DNA of 11,094 nt from Amoeboradix gromovi X-113 (lineage: Eukaryota > Fungi > Sanchytriomycota): assembly GCA_018985225.1 (NCBI GenBank), contig JADGIF010000318.1, positions 1-11,094 of the forward strand. Reading direction: 5' to 3'. A program made the translations under genes and the position numbers. The notes under the pieces are model-generated. The model saw only the letters and a program-made list of their open reading frames with translations, did not search any database and was not told the DNA's origin. This document shows positions 1 to 7,494 of the stretch, piece by piece; within the stretch, counting starts at the first letter, position 1; each line of letters begins with the position of its first letter.

Positions 1-185
1 GTAATGAACTTTGAGTTCTTTTCATTTCGCATATTCTGATGCGAAAAAATTGCTAAGTCGTAGATCTGCAAAGTGTTGAATGGTGACAAAATACCAGTAC
101 CAATAAAAAGAAGTCCTATGATATTGAGAGTTGTTTATTTTTTGTCTTTTTCACTTTCACTCCAACGGTACTCCTCAACAAAAGT

Positions 186-633
186 CCTGATTAACGAGAA
201 AATCGAGAATTTCCACAGAGAAACTAATAATGCTAGATGCTCCGTTACAGTGCCTGCTCACGCTTTCACTACCCTGAGGCGGGATTGGATAAGGATGCAT
301 ATACTTGATGTATATGTTCTTTATTGTCGCATATTCGGTAAGACTAACCACAAGAATTATTAAATAAATAGTTTACGGGTTTATTTATCGTTCGTTTTTT
401 CGAGGACGGGTTAAAAGACATCTAATTGTTCCATGCTTGGACCAGTTCCTCAGTGTTGATGAATGCACGTTGTACCTGTTAGCTATTTCTTTAGATTTGA
501 CATACTCGGGATTACATCCATTAGTTCCATTTACAATTTGTTAAAAGCAAGAATATCGAGTATTTAAGCTATTGGAAAATCTGGAAGTCTTGAAATTATA
601 AAAAATGCATATCGTCGCCAAAGTTATAATTCA
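186..633 (-). mobile_element. Non-autonomous IS607/Fanzor2-derived element, copy A (TnpA HTH + Fanzor tail + right end); left boundary approximate
   Basis: Aligns by eye with 6680-6828 plus 7094-7259 and with 10115-10547 (shared blocks such as cgagaaaatcgagaatttccacagagaaacta and ccatgcttggaccagttcctcagtgttgat). Minus strand ends ...AATCAGG at 186. Similarity is clear to ~611 and weak to ~633. Confidence 0.85.
385..537 (-). pseudogene. tnpA: Truncated IS607-family TnpA (serine recombinase), N-terminal MerR/excisionase-like HTH only
   Basis: Manual translation: IVNGTNGCNPEYVKSKEIANRYNVHSSTLRNWSKHGTIRCLLTRPRKNER*. Fits the IS607 TnpA HTH pattern (Y..s.E.....gV..sTLR.W...G.I.c). The start is ATT here and ATG in copies C and D. 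No catalytic YARVSS motif follows. Confidence 0.8.
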
Positions 634-1436
634 CTAGATGTACTAGTCTCGTCAGAGAAGTAAACAATTCCGGTCATTTTAAACAAGAGAGCTTAAGTGA
701 CTTTACACCCACAGAAAGCCACTGCAGTATTCTGAGCTAGAAACTAGCGCATTAACCTGCTATAAAATTCTGCATTGCTTATTTTGGAATAGGAACATCC
801 AATGGCTTTAAACTGGTGCGTATGATTTATAATGATTCGGGAATTATCAGCAACCTCAATTAATGATTATGTGATTTGTGCTGGTTGTGAAAGGTGGCAT
901 CTCTAGAACTCAGTAAGTTTAACACGCTTCAATGATGCAGCAACATTAGGATAATAAAATCGAGAGCCCTGTTGTGTTTTTATTTTGATAATAAAGAAAG
1001 TACAGACATCTGCAAAATGATTTACTAATGGTTTCATTTCTCTGCACAGATTAATCTTGACCTCAACGCTTTGATTCCAATTTTGCCAAGTTGGCTTTAG
1101 GTGTGCATCTTTATCTCTATTCTTATCAAGAGTTTTAGCTGCTGCACTTTTCATAGGACATGGTGCCCCAACTGCATCCTCAATTATTGATAAAATCTTA
1201 CTATTTCTCACAAGTAGCTTTGAATTATGAATTTGTGAGAACTACCAGTTCTACATATGCAGAGAGTTCGGCAGAATATTGTTCGAGAAATGAACATTAT
1301 AGTGGTCCTGCACGCTTAGATTCCGTTGCAACCATCTCATGTTCTAATTTAATTGCGAGCTTCTTTTAATTAAAATCTTCATGCAAACTGAACCTGATTG
1401 GCAAAAGTATTTATAAAAGACACGAAAGCAAGCTAC

Positions 1437-2249
1437 ATGATAATGTTTTTTACAGCACTTATTACCGGATTAGCTAGCTCTAAAAAGGTTAACTATCAAG
1501 AATATAAGAATACTGGCTTTTATACAATTCACAGTTTGTCGTTATCTGGGGACCTCACTTGTGCATTAGATGGTCAAGGTACGATTTTTTGTTGGGATAC
1601 ATATAACCCATTTGCTGAAGCGCGTCTGATACCATCAAATAAGAAATTTCGCTCTCTTTCAGTTTACGGAAGCCAAGCATGTGCGACCGACTACCACAAC
1701 GTTTATTGCACCAGAAATATCAAAGAAGACTCTGTAGATTGGGTGCTTGTATACTCTTCTATAAGCGATAAAGCATATACTACAGTAGAGCTTGATGAAA
1801 ATACTCTTTGTATTGTTGGCGTAAAAGTTGGTAAAAATACTTTAAAGTGTGCTGATTTTTTAACTGTGTTCAATGATAAACGAGCATGGAATGAGAAAAA
1901 AGGATTTCCAGATTCCATAAATGAAGTATCCATCTCAAAGAGGCGCGCATGCTTGACTTATACGGAATCAGTTGGATATAGACAAAAATCTATGTGCACT
2001 GATGATATTAGTGTTGAAAGTCCAGAATGGAAGCAATTAGATGAGTTTGTTTACGATGTGAAAATTAACAAGGATAAAATGTGTGGCAGACATTACTTCA
2101 ATCTTTCAATCATCTGCTTCAAGGACGGAAAATGGATTCACTATAGCGCGACAGACAATAAAACACAAGGTTACTTTGCAATTGATAACACTCACATTGT
2201 AACAGATGGTGGGACGTTATCCGTTGTTTACTTTGCGGGGTTTCTCTAA
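1437..2249 (+). CDS. Secreted cysteine-paired beta-propeller-like protein (RCC1/BLIP-II- or tectonin-like repeats), 270 aa
   Basis: First ATG at 1437 gives a hydrophobic signal-like N-terminus (MIMFFTALITGLASS). Repeats: SLSLSGDLTCALDGQGTIFCW, SLSVYGSQACATDYHNVYCT, TVELDENTLCIVG..NTLKCA, EVSISKRRACLTY..KSMCT, DVKINKDKMCGR..LSIICF. The ORF is solid; the fold is inferred. Confidence 0.7.
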   Translation: MIMFFTALITGLASSKKVNYQEYKNTGFYTIHSLSLSGDLTCALDGQGTIFCWDTYNPFAEARLIPSNKKFRSLSVYGSQACATDYHNVYCTRNIKEDSVDWVLVYSSISDKAYTTVELDENTLCIVGVKVGKNTLKCADFLTVFNDKRAWNEKKGFPDSINEVSISKRRACLTYTESVGYRQKSMCTDDISVESPEWKQLDEFVYDVKINKDKMCGRHYFNLSIICFKDGKWIHYSATDNKTQGYFAIDNTHIVTDGGTLSVVYFAGFL

Positions 2250-2926
2250 TAAATTCAATGTTATATCATGCCAATATTTGGAATTTTAGGCGTCAAAACA
2301 ATTGAGACATCAAATATAAGACTAGACTAAGTCGTCTTTAAAAGAGGTGCTACATAAGCAGGAAATATTATTATTATTAAAAGTCCTTTTTCTTTCATTA
2401 ATGTCATTCCCCTCTTTAAAATACAACAAGATGACCCACTATCTCTTTCAAATAAAGTCTTTGAGTGTCTTATCTGTTCCTTTTTCTTTTTCTTTTTAAT
2501 AACTTATTTTTGTTTTCTCTTCTTATTAATCATTGTCTCTAAGATTTTGATGGATGAAAAGCTTTTATGCTAAAATAATTTACTTGAAAACATTAGTTTA
2601 ATTTAATTTACTATCGGTTAACACACACTTGAAATAATGATTCAAACTGCCTCAGAAAGTTAGTCTAGTCTTTATATTTGATGTCCCATTTGTAAAATTA
2701 GATCAAGCAATTTAAATAACAGGCTTCATCAGATTACGAACAGTAAATATATTTAATACTGCTACATGATTAGGATCCTATTGAGCCATTTGCGCAGCTT
2801 AAAGTCGCCCAAGACTCTGTCTGGTTGGATTAACTTGGACAGCAATATATGATTCTCAATTATTTGCTTTGAATGAGAAGTAAGATCCATCAGACTGCTG
2901 GAACAAATATGAGCTTTGAAGACAAA

Positions 2927-3087
2927 TACACAGACTGTCACTTGCAAGCAGATAGAACCCTTATGTCTGGAATACATCATTTATACTCAATCCCACTTCA
3001 CGGCAGTACAAGCGTGAGCAGCAACAGTTACAGATCGACTAGCTTTGTCAGCGTCTCTGTAAATATTTAGGTTACTGGGAAACCAGG
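2927..3087 (+). mobile_element. Diverged copy B of the IS607/Fanzor2 element (Fanzor C-terminal remnant + right end), opposite orientation
   Basis: tcaatcccacttcacggcagtacaagcgtgagca matches the minus strand of copy C (tcaatcccacctcagggtagtgcaagcgtgacca). Translation YTDCHLQADRTLM..YSIPLHGSTSVS parallels CTNCHLEID*DHM..YSIPPQGSASVT. Ends ggaaaccagg versus ggaaatcagg. Confidence 0.75.
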
Positions 3088-3163
3088 GCTTTATGAAGAG
3101 AGGACAAATTACTAAGTGTTTGTATAGGTCATAGACTAGTAAAACATTGGAGTTTAGGTTGAA

Positions 3164-3808
3164 ATGACAAAGTGTGAATTACTGGACGGGTTCGCGATAA
3201 TAATACAGGGAATACTGGCATTGGTAGCATTCTCATCACTGCTAATAAAGAGACAGAGGGAGACACCTAGGAGACCATTAATGATATGGATGATGGATAC
3301 GAGCAAGCAAGCATTGGGGGCATCATTCATACATTTTATGAACATATTGTTTTCTTTGGATGCGGAAGTGAATCCGTGTGGGCAGTACATACTGAACATA
3401 ATATTAGATACGACAATAGGTGTTTACATACTTTTGATCATACACTCGTCAATGTACAGGCTAGTGAACAGGTGGGTTGGCATAAGTAGTGGATACTATG
3501 GTGGGGAGAGTCCACAGCTTAAGATATGGATGGGCCAATTTCTGATATATTTAATAGCATTGACGAGTATGAAATTTCTGGTTTTATTGATAATAAAATT
3601 TGGACATTTCGGAGAAATAGTAGAGACACTGCTATTTAGCATGAACGAAAAGGTACAAATTGTACTTGTGATGTTCATTATACCATTGATTATGAATGTT
3701 GTGCAATTCTGGTTAATTGACCAAGGAATTAAGTTCATGACTGTACAAAGATACTTGGAAATTGTAGACGAGGAAACCATAGACGCAGGTAGTGAGAAGG
3801 ACGAATAA
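3164..3808 (+). CDS. STIMATE/TMEM110 family multi-pass membrane protein (yeast YPL162C-like), 214 aa
   Basis: Family motifs LLDGFAIIIQG, LLIKRQRETPRRPLMIWMMDTSKQ, HFMNI, NPC..Y.LNIILDTTIGV, SGYYG..PQLKIW..Q and VMFIIPLIMNVVQFWLIDQ.IK, with about five hydrophobic segments. Confidence 0.9.
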   Translation: MTKCELLDGFAIIIQGILALVAFSSLLIKRQRETPRRPLMIWMMDTSKQALGASFIHFMNILFSLDAEVNPCGQYILNIILDTTIGVYILLIIHSSMYRLVNRWVGISSGYYGGESPQLKIWMGQFLIYLIALTSMKFLVLLIIKFGHFGEIVETLLFSMNEKVQIVLVMFIIPLIMNVVQFWLIDQGIKFMTVQRYLEIVDEETIDAGSEKDE

Positions 3809-3834
3809 ATATAGTGACTGTAATTAGTTTATTA

Positions 3835-6549
3835 TTATGGCTTAAAATCTTTGAGCTCCTTAAAGTCTCTATCAGACGACCTCAATGAATCCATACTTGG
3901 CTTTTGACTCATTAGAGTAGGTTCTTCTAAAAACTTCTTTTTCTTTTTAGGTCCCTCCAGCATCATGTCAATTACTATGTTGAACCCATCATTCCATGCT
4001 TCCAATGTTTCTGAGTCTAACTCGTCTTGCAGCATAAACTTAAGGCTTTTAATAACTGCAGATTTTAGAAAATTAAACATTTCTGGAGTAGTTTTGTATT
4101 CAATTATATGCTTTCTGCCCAGCTCTCGTATTCTATCCTCATACTCATCTAGAAATTCTATTTTTTTAACCATTACGTTCATCATTCCGCCAAAAGCTTT
4201 AGATTTTACGAATATATTGGGGAACATCGCCTGCAATTTGGCATCTTCTTGAAATAAATAGTCATAAAAAACCAGAGAAAACACTGTAGTAGGACTGCTG
4301 GATTCGTTTAACAACTCCGGATCAAGGAACTTAAAGTCAATTCTACTCAAGTCCTGTTTCTTTACTTCTAACTTCTGCCATGTTTTCAGCATTAAAGATG
4401 ACTGAATAGGAGTAATCTTGTTCTTTTTAATTTTATTGCTACCGCTACTCGTTTCCGAGTATCTTTTTTCTTTTTTAATCGGTCCATCAATCATGTACGA
4501 TGATATCTGCTCAAATGCTTCTTTAAATGCATTTATCTCGTCAACTCCAAATTCCTCCTGTAGGAATTCTTTTAAAGTACTGATAATTGCATTGGATAAG
4601 TACGGATAGTACTCTGATTTAACACCATATTTTTCTGCGTGTTTCTTTCCCAACTCTCTGATTTTGTCCTCGTATTGATCCAAAAATTCAATTTTTTCAA
4701 TCAAAGTAAACATCAGTCCTGTAAACGCTGCAGACTGTAATTCAGCGGTTGAAAACAATGGTTGCAACTCGGAATGTTCCCAAAATAAGTTGTCGTAGAA
4801 TTTGATACAAAAAACTGTCTGAATCGACAATCTTTCATCTCCCTTACTCTGCAGCAGCTGCTGATCGAGTCTTCGTAGCCTGATTTCAGTGATTGAGACT
4901 TTCTTAGTTAATAGGTGATCCCAACTCGATCTTATTAATTGTACTTGCTCGGCGGATATTCCGTTGTTGACTTCAACTATAGAAAATCTCTGGTGTTTAT
5001 TTGATTCGTCAGTCATCATAGAAATGACAATGTTGAATGCTGTCTTCCAGCATCTTTGGACATGCTCGGTATTTCTTTCCATTAAAAATTCGCTTATAGT
5101 TCGCAAAATTGAATCTGTAAACTTTGGCATAAGATTCACTGATACCTTTATTTTCATTAAATGAATTCTACCTACTTCCTTAAATTTCTTTATATTTTGT
5201 GGATTGAATTCTGAGTTAAACAGTACAGCGTGTATCATTGCTATGAAAGAGCGTCTTCTAATTACTTCTGTTGGAAAATAAACTCTAAATGACGGGTTGT
5301 CGTAAAATAGATTGTCATAAAAGCGCAGAGTAAACAGGTCTGTGTTCGTTATGCTTTTTTCAAGATCGGGGTTACTCTTATCCACATTTGTTAGTCTGTT
5401 GTAGTTATTGCGAATATCTATGCACCTGAATCGGAACTCGGTGCACTTGGATACCTTTATGAGTTCCCAGGATCGATGCAAGATGTCTAGCTCGTCTGAA
5501 GACAGACTCTCTTTCACAGCAGGTTTGAAATTGGATGATTTAACATTATCACTCAGAAGCAACTGAAACGTAGTTTTCAGAAATGATTGCCAGCAGGTTC
5601 TTGCATCTTCTAAAAAACTCTCATCAAGAAGAATTTGGAAAGTAGAGATGAGAGTGTCTATATAGCATTCGCTTTGAGAAGCCTTCAATTTGTATAACTC
5701 AAAGTATTTTCGTGCAATACTACTTATAATTCCTTCATGCGCAGTGTAATCATAGCTGTAGCTTAAAGTGCAGTCAATCAAATCAGAGAATAAATTGTAT
5801 TGCTTTGAAAAGCCGTTGAAAATATGTTTTAAAGCCGGTTCTTTTATGAAAAGCAAGTCGTAGAATTTTATGCATAACAAAGCTTTGATATCTGGTTTTC
5901 CCTCTAACACCCTCATCGCTAATACAAACTGTTGCTCAACTCCTTTGACATTTAACGTATTGGTGCTCAACGGCAGCTTAGTTAATTTTTCCCAAGTGTC
6001 GTTCATTAAATCTATTTGCTCAAACGTAGCGTCTCTTTGCTTTTTATTCTTCTTTTTAGGACCTTCTATCATCATCTCAATTAAAGGTAGTAAACAACTT
6101 GTCCAACTAGATTCATAAACTGGTAAAAATTCCTCTTTTAAAAACTCCTTGATGGTCAGTATTAGCACTGCAACTAATTGCGAATACATTTCCGGTCTCA
6201 CTTTTAGTTTTTCGGTATGTTTTCTTCCAAGTTCCCTCAGTTTGTCTTCGTTTTCATCTAAAAATTCCGATTTTTTCATTATAGTATTTATTATCCCATT
6301 AAATGCTTTAGCTTGCTTTGTCACATCTTTAAAATGCTCTCTAAATAACGGATATTTGTAAAATAAATTATCATAAAATTTTATAGTAAATATTCCAATC
6401 GTATCCAATCCTTTGAATAGTTGTCGGTCTAATACAAAGAGTATTAATTTATTCTCATCAATTTCCAATAACCGTACGCGTTCCCAGCTCTCTTGAACTA
6501 AAGTTATTGATTCTGAGGAAGGTCGATATGAAGTCGACTTTCTAAACAT
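3835..6549 (-). CDS. Five-domain tandem globin protein (3/3 flavohemoglobin/single-domain-globin-like domains, no reductase), 904 aa from first ATG
   Basis: Five ~175-aa repeats, each with A-helix (S/T)W, B-helix FYDxLF, CD1 Phe, F-helix GRKH/ARKY/GRIH/GKKH/GRKH and H-helix W/F...M/L. The ORF-track start at 6582 is TTG; the first ATG is at 6549. Confidence 0.9.
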   Translation of the reverse strand: MFRKSTSYRPSSESITLVQESWERVRLLEIDENKLILFVLDRQLFKGLDTIGIFTIKFYDNLFYKYPLFREHFKDVTKQAKAFNGIINTIMKKSEFLDENEDKLRELGRKHTEKLKVRPEMYSQLVAVLILTIKEFLKEEFLPVYESSWTSCLLPLIEMMIEGPKKKNKKQRDATFEQIDLMNDTWEKLTKLPLSTNTLNVKGVEQQFVLAMRVLEGKPDIKALLCIKFYDLLFIKEPALKHIFNGFSKQYNLFSDLIDCTLSYSYDYTAHEGIISSIARKYFELYKLKASQSECYIDTLISTFQILLDESFLEDARTCWQSFLKTTFQLLLSDNVKSSNFKPAVKESLSSDELDILHRSWELIKVSKCTEFRFRCIDIRNNYNRLTNVDKSNPDLEKSITNTDLFTLRFYDNLFYDNPSFRVYFPTEVIRRRSFIAMIHAVLFNSEFNPQNIKKFKEVGRIHLMKIKVSVNLMPKFTDSILRTISEFLMERNTEHVQRCWKTAFNIVISMMTDESNKHQRFSIVEVNNGISAEQVQLIRSSWDHLLTKKVSITEIRLRRLDQQLLQSKGDERLSIQTVFCIKFYDNLFWEHSELQPLFSTAELQSAAFTGLMFTLIEKIEFLDQYEDKIRELGKKHAEKYGVKSEYYPYLSNAIISTLKEFLQEEFGVDEINAFKEAFEQISSYMIDGPIKKEKRYSETSSGSNKIKKNKITPIQSSLMLKTWQKLEVKKQDLSRIDFKFLDPELLNESSSPTTVFSLVFYDYLFQEDAKLQAMFPNIFVKSKAFGGMMNVMVKKIEFLDEYEDRIRELGRKHIIEYKTTPEMFNFLKSAVIKSLKFMLQDELDSETLEAWNDGFNIVIDMMLEGPKKKKKFLEEPTLMSQKPSMDSLRSSDRDFKELKDFKP

Positions 6550-6659
6550 GTAGTGGCTTATATGTTGGGGCGCAATATGCAATAAGCAGAAAAGCGTTTT
6601 AGAGTAAGCGCATTAATAGGCAGAACTAGTCAGGTAACAACTCGCTATCACTAATTCTT

Positions 6660-6830
6660 TACTTTTCCAGCCGGGTCTTCCTGATTTCCGAGAAAATCGA
6701 GAATTTCCACAGAGAAACTAGTAGTGCTATATGCTCCGTTACAGTGATTGGTCACGCTTGCACTACCCTGAGGTGGGATTGAATAAGGATGCAGACACTT
6801 GATGTATATGCTCCTTGCTGCCATATGGTC
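6660..6830 (-). ncRNA. Putative Fanzor omegaRNA scaffold plus ~20-nt flank-derived guide (boundaries approximate)
   Basis: Conserved ~110-150 nt between the Fanzor C-terminus and the element end. Stems visible: GTAGTGC/GCACTAC (6721-6727 with 6760-6766), GTGA/TCAC and terminal GATT/AATC. The position matches known TnpB/Fanzor omegaRNA loci. Expression is not shown. Confidence 0.55.
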
Positions 6831-7259
6831 TCAATCTATCTCCAAATGACAATTGGTACAAGTGTAGGTTTCTAAGTTGGTTTCTCTAGAGTACCATACT
6901 TTGTACATGTCTGACTAGTAAATGCTTCATTACATTCAATTATCGTCTTTCCTCTTTGTTTACACTTGAACTTCAAGCATTGCTTGAATGCGTAATGGGA
7001 CATTGTAGCCATGTTTCTTGCGACCTTGCTCGACAAGCTACTTAGCATCTGGCTCCTATTGAACGAGGGTAAGTATATCAGATCATACGTCTTTGTATGC
7101 TGTACCTGCTAGTTATTTCTTTAGATTTAATTTACCATTTGCGAAACGGAAGAATATCGAGTGTTTAAGGCATTAGAAAAATCTGGAAAAGTCTTGAAAT
7201 GATACAAAAATATATACAAATTCGCGATAAATGATTTATTCAAGAAAATAATCAAGCTG
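6680..7259 (-). mobile_element. Non-autonomous IS607/Fanzor2-derived element, copy C (both ends present, longest Fanzor remnant)
   Basis: Left end CAGCTTGAT (7259) is shared with copy D (CAGCTCGAT). A partial HTH (KSKEITSRYSI) is joined at ~7094 to Fanzor coding sequence. Right end AATCAGG at 6680 matches copy A and, with one substitution, copy B. Confidence 0.9.
6792..7096 (-). pseudogene. Fanzor2 (eukaryotic TnpB-like RNA-guided nuclease) C-terminal fragment: RuvC-II region, Zn finger, RuvC-III
   Basis: Manual translation 7096->6875: TKTYDLIYLPSFNRSQMLSSLSSKVARNMATMSHYAFKQCLKFKCKQRGKTIIECNEAFTSQTCTKYGTLEKPT*. After a frameshift: LETYTCTNCHLEID*DHMAARSIYIKCL. Contains SHY.FKQ.L..K, E..TS.TC, CxxC and D(R)D..AAR.I hallmarks. 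Lesions: frameshift near 6875, C->Y in the first CxxC, stop at 6831-6833. Confidence 0.9.
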
Positions 7260-7457
7260 TCAGTATTGCCTCATACGTGCCACCATTCTCATGACAGCTG
7301 TAACAGGTTTGGAAGCATTGCGTTCTGAAGTAAACTACCATCGCAACAATAATCACCTTTATTTCAAATTCTTTCACTGTCTCATATCGCTTTCGGTAGA
7401 CTACACTGGAGCTGCTTTTCTAATTGAATTGATCACTGAGCTGAGTTTGCCGGTGGT

Positions 7458-7479
7458 TCAAGATCGTGCAATGGTCTTA
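7458..7479 (+). repeat. 22-bp sequence with exact inverted copy at 10093-10114
   Basis: tcaagatcgtgcaatggtctta is the reverse complement of taagaccattgcacgatcttga (10093-10114). Confidence 0.95.
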
Positions 7480-7494
7480 AAAACGAATTGAGAT

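Noticed and set aside
25-46. Hairpin TTTCGCAT-N6-ATGCGAAA
   Set aside because: Isolated 8-bp stem in eukaryotic DNA with no supporting context for a terminator or RNA gene.
140-185. Weak similarity between flanks beyond the right ends of copies A and C
   Set aside because: Low-complexity pyrimidine-rich match, absent next to copy B.
73-363. 96-aa plus-strand ORF
   Set aside because: GTG start, antisense to element copy A, and the same frame has a stop in copies C and D.
903-1211. 102-aa minus ORF with PTWQNWNQS, vaguely like the hAT 'TRWNS' motif
   Set aside because: No other transposase motif is recognisable and the start is non-ATG; too weak without a search.
1205-1241. 9-bp inverted repeat TTCTCACAA/TTGTGAGAA
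   Set aside because: Short, AT-rich and single; expected by chance.
2790-2926. Possible further TnpA/left-end remnants upstream of copy B (cagcttaaa; faint 'DRLSRVGF'-like trace)
   Set aside because: Needs several indels to align; not supportable by eye.
3965-6361. Five short plus-strand ORFs inside the globin gene (likewise those overlapping 1437-2249, 3164-3808 and CSL4)
   Set aside because: Antisense or alternate-frame shadows of real genes; their periodicity mirrors the globin repeats.
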